The notes below the pieces were generated by a model. That model saw only the letters and a list, made by a program, of their open reading frames with translations. It was not told the origin of the DNA and ran no database searches. From Candidatus Saccharimonadota bacterium (GTDB lineage Bacteria; Patescibacteriota; Patescibacteriia; 2-12-FULL-60-25), in NCBI GenBank assembly GCA_963718585.1, contig OY970357.1, forward strand, positions 960,001 to 992,000: a stretch of DNA of 32,000 bases, read 5' to 3'. Below are positions 14,032 through 23,400 of the stretch, one piece after another; the stretch's first letter is position 1, and each line of letters opens with the position of its first letter. The position numbers were made by a program, and so were the translations under genes.

Positions 14032-14841
14032 TCAACGGAGCTCTTGCATCGAAACGGCGTACGCCACACGATCGCGCACGACCTTTGCCTCCCGATCTCG
14101 ACGCTTCAATTCCGTGTGCAGGTCGCGCAGATGGCGGACCTGGACCAATGCATCCTCATCCACCGCCTCAGCCGGCATCGCATGCCAGCGCTCTGCTTCC
14201 CGTGTCGCTTCACGGATGGCAGACAAGAGATGTTCGATGTCCACATCAGGGATCGGTTCGATGTCTGGATGATCGAACACGCGTTCGCGAGAAGCGTTCT
14301 GACGAACGACCTCATCTCCCGTGAGCAACATCGCCGGATCAGAGATATCCCTCGAACGGATGACGACCGGCTCCGGCGTGGAAGCCGATACCGGGGGCTG
14401 GATCCCGCGCGTCCGGAGCTCCGACCGAAGGATCTCCGCTCGCACAGATGGATGATCGGCATGGACCGGACCGTCGTCGCTTCGCTCTTCCCACCGACCC
14501 AACTCCCGCGTCAATTCTCCGGCAGTCTTGAATGAGACATCGATCCGGCGGAGGGCGCGGCGCAGCGCATCCTGGGCGTCCCGGATCGCCGCAGCTTCCC
14601 GCGCGACATCGTCCGGTTCCATGTCATGGACGCGCGTCGCGAGATCTCGCAAACGGAGATCATACGCTTCGAATGCCTGCTCGATCTCCTCAGCAAGGGC
14701 CGCCTGATCGGCGGCGAGCATTTGACGCGCTGCATCCGGGTCCGCTTCGCACAACGTCACGAACGCCACGGGATCGAATGCTCGCGGACCGGTCGTGGGT
14801 CGACCGCTGAACCAGCGGCCAAGTCGTTGAAACCAAGACAT
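14032..14841 (-). CDS. Hypothetical acidic, Arg/Glu/Asp/Ala-rich, probably coiled-coil protein (269 aa)
   Basis: Longest ORF in this region (track 14032..14910). I prefer ATG 14841 (MSWFQRLGRWFSGRP...), which sits 7 nt downstream of a TGTTATACT extended -10 box. Overlapping plus-strand ORFs translate to low-quality sequence. No family recognised. The call rests on ORF length and promoter context only. Confidence 0.5.
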   Translation of the reverse strand: MSWFQRLGRWFSGRPTTGPRAFDPVAFVTLCEADPDAARQMLAADQAALAEEIEQAFEAYDLRLRDLATRVHDMEPDDVAREAAAIRDAQDALRRALRRIDVSFKTAGELTRELGRWEERSDDGPVHADHPSVRAEILRSELRTRGIQPPVSASTPEPVVIRSRDISDPAMLLTGDEVVRQNASRERVFDHPDIEPIPDVDIEHLLSAIREATREAERWHAMPAEAVDEDALVQVRHLRDLHTELKRRDREAKVVRDRVAYAVSMQELR

Positions 14842-14848
14842 TGTGGAG

Positions 14849-14857
14849 AGTATAACA
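14849..14857 (-). promoter_or_regulatory. Extended -10 promoter element TGTTATACT, 7 nt upstream of ATG 14841 (implies a leaderless or near-leaderless mRNA)
   Basis: Minus strand: ...GGCGTCAGGATGTTATACTCTCCACAATG. The same 9-mer occurs at 17434..17442. Confidence 0.5.
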
Positions 14858-14879
14858 TCCTGACGCCCATCTGATGATG

Positions 14880-14906
14880 GAAAAGGCTCCACATGGGAGC
14901 CTTTTC
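14880..14906. terminator. Bidirectional-looking rho-independent terminator downstream of the Wzy_C-TPR gene
   Basis: GAAAAGGCTCC-acatg-GGAGCCTTTTC: a GC core stem GGCTCC/GGAGCC flanked by an A-run and a T-run. It lies 21 nt after the TAA at 14927. Confidence 0.7.
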
Positions 14907-14926
14907 TCAAATATCACGATCGGTCC

Positions 14927-17395
14927 TTAGGGCTGTTGAACCTCGTTCAACTGCGGCGGACCGCTGATATTTTCCTTGACCGGCGGCGGGATCGCCGCGG
15001 CGGCGGGTTTCTTTTGCTGGTCACGCTCCTGTTGCAGTTGCGTGAGACGCTGATCGATCGTCTGGTTGTTCGGATTCGTCTCCTTCACCTTTTCGACCTG
15101 CGCAATGGCATCATCATACCGTCCCTGCTCCTCGTACAAGGCGGCTAGGAACCAGCGGGCATTCGCGTAATCCGGCTGAAGCGCCACGATCTGCTCAAAG
15201 AGGTTGAGCGCTTTGTCCTTCTGCCCATCGCGGTAGTACAAGATCCCGAGCTGGAACCCGACCCCGACATCTTTGTTGTTGACCTGCAGGACCTGCTCCA
15301 TCTTGGAGATCGCATCCTTGATCTTGCCCTGCCGTTCGTACAGGATCGCGAGGTTGTAGTGTGCAGGCGCATAGTCACTCTTGAGGGAGATCGCCTGGTT
15401 CAGTGCGGCCGCAGCTTGATCGAGTTCCGCGGTCGAGCTCGCTTGAGCTGCTGCCTTGACCGACGCATCCGTCGAAGTGAGAAGTGTCTGGTACGCATCC
15501 GATCGTAGGATGTGAAGCTTCCCGATCTCGTTGTAGAACGCGGGATTGGTGGGCTCACGCTTGAGCGCCTCTTGATAGTTCGTGATCGCGAACTCATCCG
15601 CCCCACGTGTGAATGACGCGATCGACTGATAGACGACCGCAAGGTTGGACCAGTTATCGACGTTCGCCGGATTGATCTGCGTCGCTTTTTTCCCGGCATC
15701 GACCGCAGCAGCGACGAGAGTGTTCATCTCCTGCGCCGCACTCTGATCTGGATTCGTCTGCAGGATCTGTCCGACGCGGATAAGGTCTGCCTGCGATAGA
15801 TTCCGATAATAGACATCATTCAAGCGGTTCAATGCGACAGCGGAATTCAGCGTATCGATCGACTGCTGGATCGGCTTGCCGGCACGGAACGCCGACACGG
15901 CATTGGAATATTCCGTATCCGCGACCAATCGTTGACCGGCGAGCCAGGCGCCAGCGATCGCAAAGACCGCGATGACGATGAAGACCACAGAAAGGACGGT
16001 CATGCTCCGGCCGTTCTTTTGTCCGTCCCAATGGTAATTCCCGCGCGCGACGAGCGAAGCCAAAAGCGCAAGGAGGAACCAGAAGACGAAGTGATGCGAA
16101 AAGTTGTAGTTATACAGGAAGGCCACGAAGACCACGGTCATCCATCCGGTGAAGACCGTGAGATACGCCTGCCAGAGATCATCATTCCGTTCCTTCACGA
16201 GATGGACGGCACTCTTCACGATCCCGGAGAGGAGCAGGAGGATCCATAATGCGGTCCCGACGAGACCGACCATGGCGAGGAGCGAGAAGAAGGTCGAAAG
16301 ACCCCGCTCGAACCGGATCTGCCAGAACGGCGAAAGATTCACGACCGCAGAACGGTACTGCGAGTAATCATAGATCCATGTCCCCGGTCCGGAACCGAAC
16401 AACGGATGGTCTTGCAGGACCTGCTGGGCGATGCGCCATGAATGACTCGCGGATGGCGAGACTTCTGCCGGCAGATTGAGGTTGATCGGCGTCTTCCAGA
16501 TCAGAAGGGCGATGGAAAGCAGACACAGGAGACCGGGAATGATGATCTTGGTCGGGTGCGCGATCTTCCGTGAACGGAGGATGGTCAGACCCACGAGAAG
16601 GAGCATGCCGAAAAGCACCGCTGCCCACGTGACCCAAAAATCAACGACGAGCAAGAGCAGAGCCGAGATGATCAGCGTGGCCCATACCAAGACCTTCGCC
16701 GCCACGCTCCCCTTGCTCTTGCGCCCAAGGATGCATTTCTCATCCTTGCACCCCAAGACCATGAGCGACGCGGAAAGCACGAGCGGAATGGTCATGAACA
16801 CCGCAAGGGAATTGATCGTCCCCACAGAATTGAACGCTTTGGACGCACTGACGGACGTCATCCATCCAAGGGCGTACACGCCATTCATCTGGAGAAGACC
16901 GTACAAGCCGGCAACGACGCTTGAACCCAGGAACGCGAGAATCAGGTGGTAAAGTCGCGTCGTGTCACGGACGGCATTCGTCAGGATCAGATAGAAGACG
17001 ACGAATGCTGCGATGGATGCGAAGGCCCACTGCATCTGCCCGAAATTCCCGACCATCGACAGATACCGATCGACCGAGAAGAGGCTCGTCACCAGCCAAC
17101 CCAGACCAAAGAGCACGACGGCCAAGTGGAGCCAGGACCGCGAGAGGGAGAACGATCGTTCGACAAGGGCTTTCCCGAGCCACGCGATGAGCGCCACCAT
17201 GGTCACGATGACGAGGAGTGTCTGCTTATTGAGCTCTAGGACGTCGAGGGTCCAGGGCAACATCCACAACGGGATCAAAACGACCGTCAGGTAAAGACAG
17301 ACAGTCACGATGCGCCCAAGAAAACGGGAGAATCCGGTCTCTTTGTGCATCGGCCGTAGGGAGGACATGGCCTCTGAGATGGTTTGCGTATCCAT
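14927..17395 (-). CDS. Wzy_C (O-antigen ligase/polymerase-like) polytopic membrane protein with C-terminal TPR repeats, 822 aa
   Basis: About 12 TM segments. A post-loop motif, SHSWRIAQQVLQDHPLFGSGPGTW, is typical of the WaaL/Wzy/PglL family. The C-terminal ~330 aa contain clear TPR units (e.g. APAHYNLAILYERQGKIKDAISKMEQVLQVNNKD, GVGFQLGILYYRDGQKDKALNLFEQIVALQPDY, ANARWFLAALYEEQGRYDDAIAQVEKVKETNPNN). Confidence 0.75.
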   Translation of the reverse strand: MDTQTISEAMSSLRPMHKETGFSRFLGRIVTVCLYLTVVLIPLWMLPWTLDVLELNKQTLLVIVTMVALIAWLGKALVERSFSLSRSWLHLAVVLFGLGWLVTSLFSVDRYLSMVGNFGQMQWAFASIAAFVVFYLILTNAVRDTTRLYHLILAFLGSSVVAGLYGLLQMNGVYALGWMTSVSASKAFNSVGTINSLAVFMTIPLVLSASLMVLGCKDEKCILGRKSKGSVAAKVLVWATLIISALLLLVVDFWVTWAAVLFGMLLLVGLTILRSRKIAHPTKIIIPGLLCLLSIALLIWKTPINLNLPAEVSPSASHSWRIAQQVLQDHPLFGSGPGTWIYDYSQYRSAVVNLSPFWQIRFERGLSTFFSLLAMVGLVGTALWILLLLSGIVKSAVHLVKERNDDLWQAYLTVFTGWMTVVFVAFLYNYNFSHHFVFWFLLALLASLVARGNYHWDGQKNGRSMTVLSVVFIVIAVFAIAGAWLAGQRLVADTEYSNAVSAFRAGKPIQQSIDTLNSAVALNRLNDVYYRNLSQADLIRVGQILQTNPDQSAAQEMNTLVAAAVDAGKKATQINPANVDNWSNLAVVYQSIASFTRGADEFAITNYQEALKREPTNPAFYNEIGKLHILRSDAYQTLLTSTDASVKAAAQASSTAELDQAAAALNQAISLKSDYAPAHYNLAILYERQGKIKDAISKMEQVLQVNNKDVGVGFQLGILYYRDGQKDKALNLFEQIVALQPDYANARWFLAALYEEQGRYDDAIAQVEKVKETNPNNQTIDQRLTQLQQERDQQKKPAAAAIPPPVKENISGPPQLNEVQQP

Positions 17396-17433
17396 AAAAA
17401 GGTCTCGCGGGTGAGAAAATAGCTATGAAGCGG

Positions 17434-17442
17434 AGTATAACA
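17434..17442 (-). promoter_or_regulatory. Extended -10 promoter element TGTTATACT upstream of the Wzy_C-TPR gene
   Basis: Minus strand: ...GGGCGTTTGTGTTATACTCCGCTTCATAGC..., 38 nt upstream of ATG 17395, within the 92-nt gap after the giant gene. Confidence 0.5.
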
Positions 17443-17487
17443 CAAACGCCCTGCTGAGCAGAGCGTACGTGCAGATCCGCTCGGATC

Positions 17488-20400
17488 TTATGGCGTGGTC
17501 GAAGTCGTGCTTGTCGTTGAACCCGTCGAGCCGGAAGACGTGGTCGTGGAGGACCCAGGCGGCGGAGGTGCGACCGGATCGCCTGAAGTCGGGTCGATCT
17601 CCGTATAGGTATTGTCGGAATTGGTGAGGACCGTCCCGCTCGGCGTGGCCTCTGCCGTCCAGCTGAAGAGGACGTCGTGATTTTCCGCCGCAGCCAAGTT
17701 GATCGTGAATCCACTATCCGTCTGGTTCGAGATCCACCAGTCTCCGGCCTGACCGACCGGCGTCGCGAGGATCATCGGATAGGCTTGGATCGTATCGAAG
17801 CTGACCGTCACTTCCTGTGACCCTGCGAAGATCTTCGCAAATCCCTTCCGGATCACGGTCGAACCCGTCGAACCGGAGCCACTCGATGCGCCGGAAGCGG
17901 ATGCACCGTTCCATTCCACATGGACGTACGCGATGACTGATGTCACGGCCGTCCCCTGCATATCCTGCATCGCCACACCCACGACCGGACCCGGGCCTGT
18001 CGCCTTCATTGCAATGCCAGGTTGAGAGGACGGGGTCAGCATATCGCCCGCATGCACCGGCCCGTTCTCGTCAGACACCTTGGTCGGGACACGTCCCGAA
18101 AGGGCGATCGGATACGAGCTTGTCGCATTGTTGCCGGCGAGAAAGCCCGGGCGCGTCGAGACGATCCCCAAGATGTTCTGTTCATATGCGGAAGTCGATT
18201 TCTTTACGCCTTGCGGGAGGGTCGGATCCAACACGACGATGTCCCCTGGTTCCAATGTTTCACTCGACGGGAACATTTCCGCGAAGTCATAGGAGCCCGT
18301 GCCCCACCCGGCCGCGTTCGTTCGCATATAGTCTCCGAACAATCCGGAACTTCCATCGTAGAAGATATATTTATTGTATTGCAGATTCCCGCGATCGGAC
18401 GGGTAGAGCTTACCGCTGATTGCCAGGTCGCCGAGCGGCGAGACGGTCAGGATGTTCGTGTCCGTCGCATTGCTCGTCATGGCAAAGTAGGACGTCGTCG
18501 CAGACTGCATGTCCGCATACAGGTTGAACTGGCTTGTGATGACGCTCGAGGACGCACTGTCCCACGCGGATCCGCGGAAGCTGAAGAGCGGCGAGTCCAC
18601 GGTCGTGACCGTCGAGGTCGCGACGGTCGTCGACGCATTCGTGAGGTCGCCGATGAGGAGCGAACCCGTCTCATTCGAGATGAAGAGGTCGCCAGCCCAC
18701 CAATGCGGACTCACATAGACCATCATGGTGCCGGTCCCGGAAGAGAGCGGCTCCATGGCCATGCCGAGCACCATGCCCGGGCCTTTGGCCTTCACGGCCG
18801 ACCCATCCGTCCCCATCATCAGCTCATCGCCGATGCTGATCGAAGATGTCGTCGCATCCACCTTGGTCTCAAGTTGGCCCAAGAGACCGACGAGCGTCGC
18901 AGATGCATCATTCTCCAATTGACCCATACCCGTGACGACCGGACGCGCAGAGATGACGCCAAGCGTATATTTCCGCAGACTCTCATCGCCCAACGTCGCA
19001 GATGTCGCGCTCGTCGGATCGAGAGCCATGACATTCCCCGCACCATATGCCCCCTGATCTGACGTGAAATATTCCGCGTAGTCACCACCTGACCCGATCG
19101 TCCCGTTGTCGGCGTACAACTGCCCGTTACACCGGATCGAGACCGCGTCATCAAGATTTACAGTCGACGTCGCGAAGCCTGCGATCCTTCTATTCACGGA
19201 CGAGGTACCACCACAATTAGAGACCACGCGAAGGGCGCCGTAGGAAGAACTCGCATTCCCATAGATCGCGACCTCGTCATTGAACATTGCTCCCTGGGCG
19301 GTCAGCGATCCGATCGTCGAAATATCCCCGAAGCTCGTGATGTCCCCGCGGACGCTGAATGCACCCGTGTCAAGAGAGGAGAACTGCCCCGCACTTGCCT
19401 CGATGCCGCCCATCTCATAAATGGACAGGCTCGGATCCGATGAGTTCGCACTGATGCCGACGTAGACATACCGTCCGTCAACGTCGACGTCTGTAAGTGA
19501 TGAAATGCCACCATACGTCTCATCCGTCGTCTTGATCAATTTCGGATCCAGCGGCTGTGTGATGTCGTAGATCTTCATCACATTCGTATTGGTCCCGACG
19601 AAGAGGAGGTTCCCATGAGGGACCGCCGCATAGATGTTCGGGATGCCCACCGCCGTCGCAAAATGCGGACTTTGGGAGTTTGATATGTCAACGATAACAA
19701 GCTCGTTGTGGGAATTGTTGACCATATATGCATACCGTCCCTGGACATGATCAACCAATGCATTGGAAGGGAAGATAAGAAATTGGGTACCTACGATCTT
19801 CAAATTTTCTGGATCTGAGATATCAACGATATCAAGGACTCCGGTCCCGTTAGACACATAGGCATATCTCCCCTGGACATCCATTGAAGACCAGGTTCCG
19901 GAGCTTGGGGAGAGACCCGTATATGCCATGGGATGCTTCGGATCGGAGATATTGATCGGATAGATCTTATTGACATTCGTATTGATACCGATGAGCATCC
20001 GCCCATGGAACTGCATATAGCTCAGGGCACCTGTCCCATTCGCCGTCGAACTCAGGAGCTCCGGATTCGACGGATCAGAAATGTCATAGATATTGATGTA
20101 ATGATTGCAATCCGCCGCGACAAGCGTCCCTTGGACGGCCAAAGACGTCGGACTCACTCCACACGCCGTACTTGAAATGACCACGGGGTTGGTAGGATCG
20201 TGGACGTCGGCGATCTTGAGGACACCGTCTGACTGGGTTAGATAAACGAGATATCGTCCTGAGACCTTCAAACCTCGCACGAGCTGACCTGGTGATGAGA
20301 AAGCATTCCCATCATAGACGGTCGAGGCGTAGACATGCGTGAAGGTGTCATTGATCTTGATCTTCGATGCACCGATCCCTCCAGTAGCCTGGATCGATCC

Positions 20401-23400
20401 GCCGACATTCAATGCACCGTTCACGGCCAGATCGTTTTGGATATATCCATCGCCGTCGACTTGAAGCTGCCCGAGATCAGCGGAATGTGCGATAAGGCCA
20501 TTGACTTCTTCGCCATGGATATCATAGATCTCGAATCGAGGTTCTGCATTACCGACATACAGGTCGCGACCCTTTACGAAGATCGATTGAGGGGTGGCGC
20601 CAACCGTTTGGTTCCGACTGATCAAAATCGGATTTGATGGATCTTGGACGTCGATGACATCTACTTCTTTCACACCGGACCCATGGACCGTGACGTACGC
20701 ATATCGACCCGCCAAACTGATTCCCGCGGGATCAGCGGCAAATGTTATGAGTCCTGTCGTGGATGTAGTCGGGTTCGTCGGATCAGTGATGTCATACGAG
20801 ACAAATCGATGCGTACCGGACTCAATAACGTAAATGTGAGAACCTTCGACAGCTAAACCCTCCGCTCCAGACGTTCCATACAAGGCTTTCGTTGAAACCA
20901 ACGTCGGTCGTTCTGGATCTGAGATATCCACGACCAACAACTGTCCGTAGAAATTATCTCCGACGTAGAGATAGTTCCCCTGCGTGGTCATGTCCTTAAA
21001 TCGCACGGACGAACTGAAATTCGTAGACGTGACGAAGCTAGGCAACGCAGGATCGGTAACATCGAAAACGTACAGACTTCCTATACTTTGCCCCACATAC
21101 GCATAATGCCCCTTGATCTCGACGGAATCCGCTCCAGAGACCGAGGTGGTCGCAACCGTTTGAGGAGCATAGGGGTCACGAATATCAATGATGCGCAGAT
21201 CCCCTTCCGAAACGTCAGCGATATAGGCATACCCCGCGCTGATCCGCATCTTCTGCGGTGAGATGCCGGCATTCACCGATGTCACATACGTTGGATTTGC
21301 AGGGTCTCTGACATTGAAAATATCCAATTCATGGTTGCCGTTGCTCAGCGCGTAGGCGAAGTCACCGACCACCCGCACCGTGCGATAGTCATATCCTGTG
21401 TCCAAACCGGTCGTCCAGTTCCCAAGGCGAGTAAGTGTCGAACTCGTCTGGAGGATGTTGGAGATATCCCCCGCGACCGTCAGACTCTTTCCGATCCCGA
21501 CGGAGCCGAGCGTGGAGATCCCCCCACCGACGGAGATCCCGCCATTCACAGAAATGCCGTTTTGGAACGTTGCTTGGCCATCTACTTGCAACGTGCCGAC
21601 CTCCGCGGAATGCGCGGTGAGACTACTCACTTCCGTTCCTCCGATGGTGAAGATATCGATGCGTGCGACGGTCGCCGTCTCATCGGTACCGATGTAGAGA
21701 CGCCGCCCACTGACGGCCACAGACTGTGCACCGTTCCCCGCATACGTCGAGACGGTCGTGATCAACGTTGGCGAGGTATCCGAGTTGAGATCGACCACAT
21801 CGACTTCTTTCGCTCCTGACTGGTTGATACTGACGTATGCATACCGTCCTGAGACCGTGACATCGGTCGGAGCGCCATTGAGGGATGCGGTCCCCTTCAA
21901 AGAAGGCAATGCAGGATTGGAGATGCTGTAGACCGCGAGGGAGTTAGAGCTCGTCTCGGCGACATACACCCGTGAGCCGGCGATACTGATCGCCTTCCCC
22001 CCCGACGAACCTCCGAGAGCCGTCGTATGCGCAAGGGTGGGATTCTTCGGATCTCGGATATCGATCGTATCCAGATTTCCATTGAAATCATCGCTGACGT
22101 AGAGATACCCGCCTTGGACGACCATGTCCGTATAATGAATAGACGATAATACCGTTGATGTCGTGACGAGCAAAGGCCCGCTCGGTGAAGAGATGTCGAA
22201 GACATACAGCCCGTTCAAACTGGTGCCGACAAATGCGTATTTACCTTGCACGGCGACAGATAGGGCGCCTGTGACGCTCGACGTGGAGACCGTGACGGGC
22301 GCATACGGATTTTGCAGATCGACTACCCTGAGATCAGCCGCAGCGAACTCTGCGATATAAGCGAGTCCACCCTGGACCGTCATATGTGTCGGTTGAGACC
22401 CAAGGCTCAACGAGTTGACCAACGCGGGTGATGAGGCATTCTTTACATCAAAGATCTGAAGCTGGGCTGTTCCGTAGTTCATCGCATAGAGATAGTCCCC
22501 CGCCGCGGTCATATCCCGGAAATCATCCCCAGCGAACGCGCCTCGCGTATATCCGCCCAAATGAGTGCCTGTCGAGTCGGACTGTAGGATGTTCTGGAAA
22601 TTTCCGTCGACACCCACAGTCGATCCCCGGAGGTTCGAGAGTGAATCGTTATATGGATTGTAAAACCAATTGGGGTCAGAGCTCGAACAGTTCGTCCCGT
22701 CCTCGAGACAGGCTCGTTTCCCATCGATCGTGAAATCTTTCGTGAACTGCGCGTTTCCGGTCACATTCAACTTCCCGATCTGAGCCGATTGAGCATTGAG
22801 TCCGTTGGTATCGACACCATTGACATCTACGACAACCAGGCTGTTCGTTCCGTCATTCTTACAACCGGTCCCGGTATCAGATAAACCAACGTATGCATAT
22901 CTCCCGTTAACATCTACATCGATGACCCGATAATCACTGGAGTCAAAGACAGCGTCTTTCCCGCCCGGATAATCATGAAGAACCTCGAACGGATTCGTCG
23001 AGCTTGCCACATCATACACATGCAACGCACCACGCGGTCCAGAGCCATTGCAATATGCACTATCTCCCGTATACAGATACCGGCCGGCAATGGACCCGCG
23101 GACATATGTCGACTGATAGCCCGTTCCCGCACTCCCTAATGCGACGATATTCGTTGAGCTGGCGACATTCAAAATATAGTATGCTCCCGCTCCTTGTCCC
23201 GGCAATATATATGCCAAGTCGTCTTGGATCTGCACATCAAACCCGCGTTCAGAATCCGGAGCCGACCATGTTCCTGCGAGGATTGGGTTCGTGGGATCGC
23301 TGATATCCACGATCTGGAGGGTCGTACTGAACCCCGTGACATATGCACGATCCCCGGAGATGGTCACATCCCCATTGGTATCAAGACCGGTCAGATGACC

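Noticed and set aside
13999-14535. 178-aa plus-strand ORF competing with the 14032..14841 minus-strand CDS
   Set aside because: It is shorter, begins inside the tRNA-proximal region with no promoter or RBS, and its sequence is His/Arg/Cys-rich and non-protein-like. The minus-strand ORF has promoter and terminator context. Confidence in that CDS is still only moderate.
4531-14910. N-terminal extensions in the ORF track: 4566 (GTG), 5058 (TTG), 5915 (TTG), 7218, 10055, 11842 and 14910
   Set aside because: Each extension either overlaps the upstream gene, starts at a non-ATG codon inside an SD sequence, or adds residues in front of a canonical family N-terminus or signal peptide. Internal ATGs (4530, 5004, 5894, 7104, 10010, 11905, 14841) fit better.
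13719-17395. Genomic island integrated at tRNA-Ala
   Set aside because: The two copies of the tRNA 3' end are only 196 bp apart and lie on the 3' side of the tRNA. No integrase or cargo is enclosed. I report it only as an att-like scar.
17474-17487. Short hairpin GATCC-gctc-GGATC immediately after the giant-gene stop, considered as a terminator
   Set aside because: It has only a 5-bp stem and no U-tract, which is insufficient evidence. Read-through into the Wzy_C-TPR gene cannot be excluded.
18022-19062. 346-aa plus-strand ORF inside the giant gene, together with many other 60-190-aa ORFs on both strands between 17.5 and 32 kb
   Set aside because: All are embedded in or antisense to one continuous 14.5-kb reading frame with clear repeat and protein structure. 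Their translations are Arg-rich and low-complexity (MRGRGQHIARMHRPVLVRH...), so I treat them as shadow ORFs.
17488-19400. Diversity-generating retroelement target at the fibre C-terminus
   Set aside because: No reverse transcriptase gene was found, and I could not find a template-repeat copy of the C-terminal coding region in the window.
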